Of a DNA stretch of 25,825 bases, positions 16,755-23,344 are shown in pieces. The notes beneath the pieces are model-generated. The model worked only from the letters and a program-made list of their open reading frames with translations, did not search any database and was not told the origin of the DNA. This stretch comes from a virus (Duplodnaviria; Caudoviricetes), in the IMG/VR virus record IMGVR_UViG_3300043548_000792, positions 1 through 25,825 of that record, one strand, 5' to 3'. Position 1 is the stretch's first letter, and every line of letters starts with the position of its first letter. A program made the translations under genes and the position numbers.

Positions 16755-17123
16755 TTAGGATGCGGTCATCGAGGTGCCGTAGCTGCGGAGCGTCGCGCTG
16801 ACGGTCTCGAACTGCTCGGCGGCGAAGCTTGTCTCCAAGCTGGTGCAGATGGTCGTGCTGCCGAGGGAGGTGCCTGCGGGCATCGTGATGGAGGCAGTGC
16901 CGCCAACGGTGAGAGAGAAGCTGCCGGTGCGCATGCCTTCGACGCTGACCTCTTGGATAGGCTCGCCGACTGCCACGGCGACGACGCTCCCCTGGTCGTC
17001 TTTCACCTCTTGGACATCGGCACTCTCCGAAATCGAGAAGCCGGTGACGATGAGGCCGGAAACTTCCGGTGTTCCATAAGTGGCCGAGGAGACGGCCGAT
17101 GAGCGGTAGATTGAAGCTGCCAT
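16755..17123 (-). CDS. major tail tube protein (short type)
   Basis: 122 aa, S/T/G-rich and beta-like; position after the tail terminator; long C/A leader and a 3' hairpin. Confidence 0.65.
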   Translation of the reverse strand: MAASIYRSSAVSSATYGTPEVSGLIVTGFSISESADVQEVKDDQGSVVAVAVGEPIQEVSVEGMRTGSFSLTVGGTASITMPAGTSLGSTTICTSLETSFAAEQFETVSATLRSYGTSMTAS

Positions 17124-17171
17124 GTTATTGAGTTGGTTGGGTTGGGTTGCGGGTTACGGGAGAGGGGCGGG

Positions 17172-17178
17172 TGTCAAA
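17172..17178 (-). promoter_or_regulatory. TTTGACA motif upstream of the tail tube gene
   Basis: Contains the TGA stop of 17174..17581; followed by N14, G and a C/A-rich leader. Confidence 0.5.
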
Positions 17179-17581
17179 TCGGGGCGTGGATGAGGCCGAG
17201 GAGGAGGGAGGCTGTGGTGAGCCAGCGGCCTTCTTGTTGGGACTCCGACCAGGTGCGGAGGTCGGCACCGGCGAGGGTGAGCGGCGCGGCGAAGGAGTCG
17301 GCGAGCGCGGTTGCGGCGAGGAGAGAGGTTTTGAGCGAGTCGGCGAGGGCGGCGTGGGTCTCGAGCGCGGCCTCGACGACGGAGGGAGTGGCGAGGACGA
17401 TGGAGGCGGTGACTTTGTAGAGGCCGCGCACCACGAGTTCGGTGCTCTCGACGCCGACGATGAGGACGGGCTGGTCGTTGGGAATGGGGTCGCTTGATTG
17501 GCCGGTGTGGACGGGGATGCCGTCAAAGGCGGGCTGACTGCGGAGCCAGGCGGCGAGGGAGGTTTCGACTTCGAGGTTCAT
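17174..17581 (-). CDS. tail terminator/completion protein (positional)
   Basis: 135 aa between head-tail adaptor and tail tube; ATGA-coupled. Confidence 0.6.
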   Translation of the reverse strand: MNLEVETSLAAWLRSQPAFDGIPVHTGQSSDPIPNDQPVLIVGVESTELVVRGLYKVTASIVLATPSVVEAALETHAALADSLKTSLLAATALADSFAAPLTLAGADLRTWSESQQEGRWLTTASLLLGLIHAPI

Positions 17582-17901
17582 TGCGCGGCTCCCGGGGTGA
17601 CCACGCAGGTGATTTCGGCGGGGTTGTTGAGGGCTTCGCCGACCGTCTGGATGAGGTAGCTGCGGCCGTGGAAATGAATCTGCTCGCCTCGGCGGGGGGC
17701 GCTTTCGAGGTCGCTGGCTTGGAAGCGGACGGTGAACTCGCCGCCTTGGCGGAGGCCGCCGGACTCAAGATCGAAGGAGACGGCGACGGGGGAGACGCAG
17801 GCGCGGAGGTCTTGCGCGCGGAATTTTACGGGGATGCCGAGGAGTTGGTTGCGCGCGGCGGCGGCGAGGGTTTCGAGGCGGGATTTTTGCGACGGCGACA
17901 C
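17578..17901 (-). CDS. head-tail joining protein (gpFII-like, positional)
   Basis: 107 aa, GTG start; P.RGE.I...GR.Y.I..V beta-barrel-like pattern. Confidence 0.65.
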   Translation of the reverse strand: MSPSQKSRLETLAAAARNQLLGIPVKFRAQDLRACVSPVAVSFDLESGGLRQGGEFTVRFQASDLESAPRRGEQIHFHGRSYLIQTVGEALNNPAEITCVVTPGAAQ

Positions 17902-17914
17902 GCCGAGGCGGGCG

Positions 17915-17921
17915 TGTCAAA
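17915..17921 (-). promoter_or_regulatory. TTTGACA motif, 13 nt before GTG 17901
   Basis: TTTGACA CGCCCGCCTCGGC GTG; overlaps the U-tract of the capsid terminator. Confidence 0.6.
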
Positions 17922-17962
17922 AAAAGCAAAACGCCCGACCGGGAAAGGCGTCCGGTCGGGCG
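17919..17962 (-). terminator. intrinsic terminator after the major capsid gene
   Basis: 11-bp stem CGCCCGACCGG/CCGGTCGGGCG followed by TTTTGCTTTTTTT. Confidence 0.85.
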
Positions 17963-18000
17963 GTTGCGGGCTGGCGCGGGGATCGCGCCGGTTGGGGTTA

Positions 18001-18849
18001 TCAGTCGTTGACGATGAGGGCCATGGTGCCGGCTGTCAGGCCTGCGCTGGCACCGAACATCACTTCCAGAGAAGCGATGAGCGAGCGGGTGCTCTTGTCG
18101 CTGTAGACATTGTAAGCGACCGAGAGGCCGATGTTGTCGAGCGTCACGGAGTCGCTGACGAGGTAGTCGTTGTCTGCCAAGGCTGGCACGGCGGCCGCCA
18201 TGACGAGCGCCTCGGGTGAGCACGCGAAGCCTTTGAGGCCTGCTTCTCCGCCGAACGAAGTTGCGTAGTGGACGCCGTTCTCGAAGCCATACGCGCCGTC
18301 GCCGAGGTTGAGCGCGGTGGTGCTGGTCGGGATGAGGTTCGAGTAGATGACGGGCGAGACGACGAGGCCCTTGCGGACGCTCTTGTGGACGGCGGCCCAG
18401 AGCTTGGGCAGGTCGCCGCTGACGCCGGTGATCGATCCCTCGGCAGTTTCGACAACGGCCGCGCCGAAGTTGGCGACGGTTACGGGAGTCGTGGCGAGGG
18501 TCCAGATTTTGTCGGCGATCGCGTCGACATTGATCTGGATGAGGCGCTCCAAGCGGTGTGCGGATTGGAGGTCGCTGTAGCTGAGGCCGAAGGGCTGGTA
18601 GATGTGATCGAGGCTGACCGAGGCTTTTCCGAGGGTCGTGCCGCCGATGCTGTTGAAGGTGGTGGGGTTCACCGCCGTGCTGGCAGTCGCGGAAGCGATG
18701 GGCACATGGACGGTGTCCTTGGGCTTCTTAACATCGGAGGAGAAGTCCGAGGCGAAGAGGTTCAGCGCGGCGAGGCGCTTGCTGAGGACGGTTTTGGTCT
18801 GCTGGGCGATGCTGTCCTGAAGGAGAGCGCTGTCGATGGTGTTGGGCAT
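18001..18849 (-). CDS. major capsid protein
   Basis: 282 aa after protease/scaffold; F..DFS.D......TVHVP N-terminal pattern; followed by a strong terminator. Confidence 0.8.
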   Translation of the reverse strand: MPNTIDSALLQDSIAQQTKTVLSKRLAALNLFASDFSSDVKKPKDTVHVPIASATASTAVNPTTFNSIGGTTLGKASVSLDHIYQPFGLSYSDLQSAHRLERLIQINVDAIADKIWTLATTPVTVANFGAAVVETAEGSITGVSGDLPKLWAAVHKSVRKGLVVSPVIYSNLIPTSTTALNLGDGAYGFENGVHYATSFGGEAGLKGFACSPEALVMAAAVPALADNDYLVSDSVTLDNIGLSVAYNVYSDKSTRSLIASLEVMFGASAGLTAGTMALIVND

Positions 18850-18876
18850 TGTGGTGGGTTGGGTTGGTGGATTGGG

Positions 18877-19371
18877 TTAGCGGGTGACTTTGTTCCGGTG
18901 CTGGAAGATGAGGTTTTTGTGTTTCTCGAAGAGGCGGGAAGCGGCTTGGCGGTCGCCTGCTTCCACGGCGGCCAGATACTCAGCCACCGGATCGGCGGCT
19001 TCTGGCGCGGAATTTTCGATGATTGGGACGACGCGGGCGGGAGCGAGGCCGAGGCTGGACTCGAGGCGGGCGAGGTCTTCGCTCACGCGGTCAAACTTGG
19101 CTTTGTAGGCAGAGGCTTCAGCGAGGGCGCTGTCGAGCTTCGCAGAGAGTTCGTTGTATTTGGCGAGGATGCTGTCGGCGGCGCTGGCCTTGGCTTGCGG
19201 CTCGGCGACTTCCTCGGCGGGGACTTCTTCCACGACGGGCTCCGACGGAGCCGACGCATCGGGCGCATCGGACGGATCTGCAACGGGGGCGGATTCGCTC
19301 ACGACGGTGGCGGCGGGGATCTCGACGACCTCGGGCTGTTCGGGCGTTTCGGTGACTACTGGTTCGGTCAT
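18877..19371 (-). CDS. putative nested scaffold protein from an internal in-frame start (164 aa)
   Basis: In-frame ATG 19371 just after the protease domain, 14 nt downstream of TTTGACA; analogous to lambda C/Nu3. Confidence 0.55.
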   Translation of the reverse strand: MTEPVVTETPEQPEVVEIPAATVVSESAPVADPSDAPDASAPSEPVVEEVPAEEVAEPQAKASAADSILAKYNELSAKLDSALAEASAYKAKFDRVSEDLARLESSLGLAPARVVPIIENSAPEAADPVAEYLAAVEAGDRQAASRLFEKHKNLIFQHRNKVTR

Positions 19372-19962
19372 GCCCTTGGCGAATTTGTCAAATCGCGCGC
19401 GCAAACTCTCCGGTGTGGCGGTGGCTGCAGCAGCGACGCCTTCCTCGATGGCGTCGGCGAAGCCGAGGGCGACGGCTTCGACGGCGTCGAGCCATGTCTC
19501 GGAATCCATCATCTCGGCGATCTGCTCCTGATCCATGCCGGTCTTGCGGGTGTAGGCGTTGACCAGCGTGCTCTTGAGCTTGTCGAGAAGGTCAGCTTCT
19601 TTGCGAAGCTGCTCGCTGTCGCCTGCGGAAACCGTCCACGGATTGTGGATCATGAGGAGGGCGTTGTCGGCGATGTAGACTGGAGCGCCTGCCATGGCGA
19701 TGACGCTGGCCATCGAGGCGGCGAGGGCGTCGATGTGGACGGTCAGGCCGCCTTTGTGCCTCCGGAGAGCGTTGTAAATCGCGGTTCCCTCAACCACGGA
19801 ACCGCCGGGCGAGTTGATGCGCAAATGAATGTGCTGGCCGTCGAGTTTGCCGAGATCTGCGAGGAATTCTTTTGAGCCTGCGCCGAAAGCACCGACCTCA
19901 TCGTAGAGATGGATCGTTGCCGTGCCGTCGTTGGATTTTTCCAAAGCATAAAATTTGGTCAT
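18877..19962 (-). CDS. ClpP-like head maturation protease with C-terminal scaffold region
   Basis: LRINSPGGSV, IDALAASMAS, LMIHNPW, ETWLDAVEAVALGFAD; acidic/Pro-rich then coiled-coil C-terminus; start ATG 19962 overlaps the portal stop. Confidence 0.9.
   Translation of the reverse strand: MTKFYALEKSNDGTATIHLYDEVGAFGAGSKEFLADLGKLDGQHIHLRINSPGGSVVEGTAIYNALRRHKGGLTVHIDALAASMASVIAMAGAPVYIADNALLMIHNPWTVSAGDSEQLRKEADLLDKLKSTLVNAYTRKTGMDQEQIAEMMDSETWLDAVEAVALGFADAIEEGVAAAATATPESLRARFDKFAKGMTEPVVTETPEQPEVVEIPAATVVSESAPVADPSDAPDASAPSEPVVEEVPAEEVAEPQAKASAADSILAKYNELSAKLDSALAEASAYKAKFDRVSEDLARLESSLGLAPARVVPIIENSAPEAADPVAEYLAAVEAGDRQAASRLFEKHKNLIFQHRNKVTR
19386..19392 (-). promoter_or_regulatory. intragenic TTTGACA motif, 14 nt before internal ATG 19371
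   Basis: TTTGACA AATTCGCCAAGGGC ATG. Confidence 0.55.
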
Positions 19963-21413
19963 GATGGGATTGGGGTTGAGGTGAGTTGGCTTTGCTGGTT
20001 GGGGAAGACTTGGGAGATGTCGAGGCCGAGGGCTTCGCACTTGGCTTTGCGGCGGATGTAGGCAGAGAGGATGTCGTCCTCTTCGGCTTCGGCATCGAGG
20101 CCGTGCATGTTGCAATAGCGCTCCCAGCTCAGATAACCGGAGTCGAGGAGTTGGGCATACAACCTGCCATCTCTCCCATTATCGACCGTGATCTTGCGGG
20201 GCGTGACCCACTCAACGCGCCACCAGTCGTCGCCCGGATAGGGCAGGCGGCCGGCTTGGATTTCCTGATAGATCCAGTATTTCCACGCAGGGAAACAAAA
20301 CTGATCGATGACCATTTGTTGGATGCGGTCGAGGAAGTTCTGAGCGACTTCGAGGAGGGCGCGGGTCTCGGTGCCTGCGAGACCGACGAGGAGCATGAGC
20401 GCCTCGGGCGGCACGCCGATGGCGCGGGCGATGTCCGAGGTGTAGTCGCGCATGAGCGGCTCGAAGGCGGGGCCGGGGATTTCGTTTTTGAAACTCTGAA
20501 TGCTTTCGCCTGGCTTGAGGCGGGGGATGAGCGTGCCGTTGTAAAGGTTGTCCGTGGTGATTTCGTCTCCGGCGGCGTTGGTGATTTTGCCAGCGCCGAG
20601 GCCGATCTTCATGGCTTCGTTGCTGGTGATGGAATAGCCGATCTGCGACCCGGCTTTGAACGCGCCTTTCACATAGGCTTTTGTCTCGCTCTTGTCCTGT
20701 GCGGGGATGATGGCGGAGTGCAGCCAGGAAACGCCGCGCGGTTGGCCGATGCGGCGGACATGGCGGATGTGCATCATGTCGTTCGCGGGGACATCGACAT
20801 ACCCGGCTTTGGCGCGGTCGGTGATGACGCGGTAGCTGGTGGGTGCGCCGAAGCGGTCGAGGAGGAGACCATCCACGGCGAAGTCGGGAGAGTTTGCGGT
20901 GTTGCCTACGGCTTCCCCGCCGATGAAGCGGAACCGTGCGCCGTCGTTGCCGGTGACGAGTTTCTGCGCGAAGACATCGCCGTCGATGGCGACTTGGCGG
21001 ACGATGAGGCTTTGCGCGCTGTAGAAATTGACGGAGTCGCTGGCATCGAATGCCCAAGCCTCTCCGCAGGCGCGGTCCTCGAAATGGCGCTCGGCGGCGC
21101 GGTTCCACGCGCTGTCTGCGGTGCGGGCTTTTGGAACGATGCCGAGGCCGATGGCGCGCTGCGCGATGTGCTCGATGATATAGGTGACCTCGGGGACATT
21201 GTTGTAAAGCCAGCGGGCTTTTTTCAACAACTCGGCGCGGGTGCGGGGTGTGACCTCGCGGCGGGGGTCAATCGTATTTAGCCATATGAGGCTGCGGTTG
21301 TTTGAAAGTTCGGCGGCCTCGAAGGCGGCGGCTTTGGCGTCGAGCTTGCGCGGGCGGCCGGCACCGGGGCGATGTCCACCCCATCCACTTGATTTCTTGA
21401 TTTTCGAGGGCAT
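19959..21413 (-). CDS. portal protein, lambda family
   Basis: ARWLYNN, IDGDVF, DRFGAPTSY, RIGQPRGVSWL, LKPGESI, IARAIGVP patterns; between terL and the protease. Confidence 0.9.
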   Translation of the reverse strand: MPSKIKKSSGWGGHRPGAGRPRKLDAKAAAFEAAELSNNRSLIWLNTIDPRREVTPRTRAELLKKARWLYNNVPEVTYIIEHIAQRAIGLGIVPKARTADSAWNRAAERHFEDRACGEAWAFDASDSVNFYSAQSLIVRQVAIDGDVFAQKLVTGNDGARFRFIGGEAVGNTANSPDFAVDGLLLDRFGAPTSYRVITDRAKAGYVDVPANDMMHIRHVRRIGQPRGVSWLHSAIIPAQDKSETKAYVKGAFKAGSQIGYSITSNEAMKIGLGAGKITNAAGDEITTDNLYNGTLIPRLKPGESIQSFKNEIPGPAFEPLMRDYTSDIARAIGVPPEALMLLVGLAGTETRALLEVAQNFLDRIQQMVIDQFCFPAWKYWIYQEIQAGRLPYPGDDWWRVEWVTPRKITVDNGRDGRLYAQLLDSGYLSWERYCNMHGLDAEAEEDDILSAYIRRKAKCEALGLDISQVFPNQQSQLTSTPIPS

Positions 21414-21427
21414 TGCCCTCGCGGCGG

Positions 21428-21434
21428 TGTCAAA
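21428..21434 (-). promoter_or_regulatory. TTTGACA motif, 14 nt before portal ATG
   Basis: TTTGACA CCGCCGCGAGGGCA ATG; contains the stop of the upstream gene. Confidence 0.6.
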
Positions 21435-21705
21435 CGGGCGAGGTCACGCTGCCGAAGTTGGCGAAGGTGCCGAGCTGGCGCGGGGCGGTGCCTTCGGCGA
21501 GGAGTTCTTCGACGGCTTGGAGGAGGAGCCAACGGGGGAAACTGACTTGCCCGGAGCTGCTCGCGCCTTCGCTGCCGAGGGATGTGATGACGACTTCCTC
21601 AGTGGCCGACGAGAAGGTGGCGAGCGCGAGGGCTTCGAGTTCGGCGGTTGTTTTGGTGCGGCGGAGGAAGGATTTCACGCCGCTGATTTTGTCGAGGTCG
21701 GTCAC
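21430..21705 (-). CDS. small head completion protein (gpW-like, positional)
   Basis: 91 aa, GTG start, immediately before a lambda-type portal. Confidence 0.6.
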   Translation of the reverse strand: MTDLDKISGVKSFLRRTKTTAELEALALATFSSATEEVVITSLGSEGASSSGQVSFPRWLLLQAVEELLAEGTAPRQLGTFANFGSVTSPV

Positions 21706-21718
21706 GCCGGAGGGGGCG

Positions 21719-21725
21719 TGTCAAA
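21719..21725 (-). promoter_or_regulatory. TTTGACA motif, 13 nt before GTG 21705
   Basis: TTTGACA CGCCCCCTCCGGC GTG. Confidence 0.6.
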
Positions 21726-21729
21726 ATGA

Positions 21730-21760
21730 TTTCACCACGGAGGACACGGAGAGCACAGAG
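21730..21760 (+). repeat. 3x9-bp interspersed repeat, copy D
   Basis: tttcaccacggag gacacggag agcacagag. Confidence 0.75.
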
Positions 21761-21763
21761 GGG

Positions 21764-21806
21764 AAAAAGAAAAACGCGCCCTTGATGTGCATCACCTTTG
21801 AGGGCG
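21764..21806 (-). terminator. terminator-like hairpin closing the accessory insertion
   Basis: CGCCCT...TGAT GCAC ATCA AGGGCG then CG TTTTTCTTTTT; the stem is bulged. Confidence 0.5.
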
Positions 21807-21833
21807 AGAGGCACGGCGCGTGTGTTTTATTTT

Positions 21834-21973
21834 GCAGGGACGGCGCGGCCGCACCTTTTCAGACGCCGGGTTTCCAATCTTACGGCGCACCATACGGTGA
21901 CCTCCCGAGATCGATGTGGCGACGACCGAATTCTCCGGGACAAGTCGCTCATCCGTGTAGCTCGCCTGCCTGC
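21834..21973 (-). ncRNA. candidate ~140-nt structured non-coding RNA
   Basis: 5' GCAGG-CA-GGCG-A-GCTACAC pairs with 3' GTGCGGC-CG-CGCC-GTC-CCTGC around three internal hairpins; begins 14 nt after TTTGACT; no convincing ORF. Confidence 0.45.
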
Positions 21974-22000
21974 GAGGATTTGGGGGGAGTCAAAGTTTTT

Positions 22001-22022
22001 GTAACGAAATTTGTTTCGTTAC
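22001..22022. repeat. perfect inverted repeat (9-bp arms)
   Basis: GTAACGAAA-TTTG-TTTCGTTAC. Confidence 0.8.
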
Positions 22023-22028
22023 CAAATT

Positions 22029-22268
22029 TCAAGGTTGGCGATAAAAACCGTAGTCTCTTTTAATTCGCTCGGCTTCGGTCATGTAATACTCGACCCATCG
22101 GAGCGCTTGTTCCAGTTCGGCGCGGGCGGTATCGAGTTCGGATTGGAGCCTGAAAGCTTTTTTACCAAGCGCCAAAAGCTCGGGGATGACTTGTGCACGA
22201 AACTCGTAATGCCGGTCGATGGCAGCTGCAAAGTCGTATGTATTGTCGTATGGTGCCATGCGACTCAA
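22029..22268 (-). CDS. hypothetical coiled-coil protein
   Basis: 79 aa, overlaps the upstream stop; an alternative ATG lies at 22259. Confidence 0.5.
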   Translation of the reverse strand: MSRMAPYDNTYDFAAAIDRHYEFRAQVIPELLALGKKAFRLQSELDTARAELEQALRWVEYYMTEAERIKRDYGFYRQP

Positions 22269-22450
22269 AGTTTGGACTCGATATATTTCCCTCGGCTCAG
22301 GTCGCCGCGATCTCGGTCGAGTTTTTGCCAGCTTTCGGGTTGCATGGAGACGCTGCGTGTCACGGCTGTCCGGCCTTTTGCGTTGGCGGATTTCTTGCCT
22401 TTCGGGCGGCCGGCTCCTTTGCGCGCGCCGCCGTGGGTGGGTTTGGTCAT
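22265..22450 (-). CDS. small DNA-binding protein (GGAR.GAGRP plus RHH-like region)
   Basis: HGGARKGAGRPKG then RSVSM..ESWQKLD...G.LSRGKYIE, a ribbon-helix-helix-like layout. Confidence 0.7.
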   Translation of the reverse strand: MTKPTHGGARKGAGRPKGKKSANAKGRTAVTRSVSMQPESWQKLDRDRGDLSRGKYIESKL

Positions 22451-22596
22451 TTCGGGCGGGGGTAGTAGCCGGAGGGGGTGTCCACTTGGGTGAGCTTTGG
22501 ATTCTGCTGGAGGATAACGGCGGCCTCGCCGGGCGTGATGTCTTTGCTGACGACGGCTCGCGTGCCGATGGTTTTGAATTTGATTTCGGTTTTCAT
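22447..22596 (-). CDS. hypothetical protein (49 aa, not in ORF track)
   Basis: Translated by hand: MKTEIKFKTIGTRAVVSKDITPGEAAVILQQNPKLTQVDTPSGYYPRPK; ATGA overlaps at both ends. Confidence 0.65.
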   Translation of the reverse strand: MKTEIKFKTIGTRAVVSKDITPGEAAVILQQNPKLTQVDTPSGYYPRPK

Positions 22597-22928
22597 TTTG
22601 CGGAGAGGCTGCATTGGAAATCGCCCATGTTCAAAACATCCACCAAGTCGCCGACGGTCTCGGAAAATTCCTCGGCGATTGTTCCTTGCTCCATATCATA
22701 TTCGACGCCGGTGCGCTCGAGGCGAATTTGTTTTAAGTGCTCGCTTTGAATTTCTGTAAATCCTGCCTGCATGATGTCCACCGCTTCGCGGAGATTTGTT
22801 TCTCGGTCGCAAATGGTTTTCCGGCCGCCGCCACAGAGCTTAGTGAGAAGCAATCCAATTTGAATTTTTTCGGATTCTTTTGAGGATGCTTGAGTGAGAG
22901 TGATGTTGTAGAGGTCTTGGTTTTTCAT
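22593..22928 (-). CDS. hypothetical protein (111 aa)
   Basis: ATG 22928 after an A/C-rich leader; AT-rich coding. Confidence 0.65.
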   Translation of the reverse strand: MKNQDLYNITLTQASSKESEKIQIGLLLTKLCGGGRKTICDRETNLREAVDIMQAGFTEIQSEHLKQIRLERTGVEYDMEQGTIAEEFSETVGDLVDVLNMGDFQCSLSAK

Positions 22929-22969
22929 TTTTTGATTTTTCGTTGGTTGGTGGTTGGCGGTCAAGGTTA

Positions 22970-22990
22970 GCGCGGGGATCGAACCCGCGC
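22970..22990 (-). other. isolated tRNA T-arm-like hairpin
   Basis: GCGCGGG-TTCGATC-CCCGCGC. Confidence 0.6.
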
Positions 22991-23000
22991 CGGGGGTTGG

Positions 23001-23195
23001 TTAGGCGGCGAGAAAGTAATTTTTTATTCCGGTGACCCAGTCGATTTCTTCGATAGTGGCGTCGGTGTAGAGCGCATCGGATTCTTCCCATGCTGCGAAG
23101 CCGCGAGCGATGAGAGTCAATGTGAGGCTGGTTCTCCAACTGGGCGTTTGGAGTGCGGTGAATTTGTAGATGTTGATGGTTTCGGTGGTGTTCAT
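23001..23195 (-). CDS. hypothetical protein (64 aa)
   Basis: ATG 23195 after an A/C-rich leader, downstream of a candidate promoter. Confidence 0.6.
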   Translation of the reverse strand: MNTTETINIYKFTALQTPSWRTSLTLTLIARGFAAWEESDALYTDATIEEIDWVTGIKNYFLAA

Positions 23196-23251
23196 TTTTT
23201 GTCGTTGGTTTTTGGTTTTTGTCTTTGCCGTGGTGGCTTCGATCTGTGGAC

Positions 23252-23280
23252 ACTCTCGCACGCTCTTGATTTCTCGTCAA
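23252..23280 (-). promoter_or_regulatory. candidate sigma70-type promoter of the accessory operon
   Basis: TTGACG-17 nt-GAGAGT with an AT-tract upstream; the -10 is a weak match. Confidence 0.45.
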
Positions 23281-23344
23281 CAACTTTTTTTCAAAAAATG
23301 AAAATAATTTTGGTGGCTTGCGGAGCCGCTTAAAACCTAGCTCG

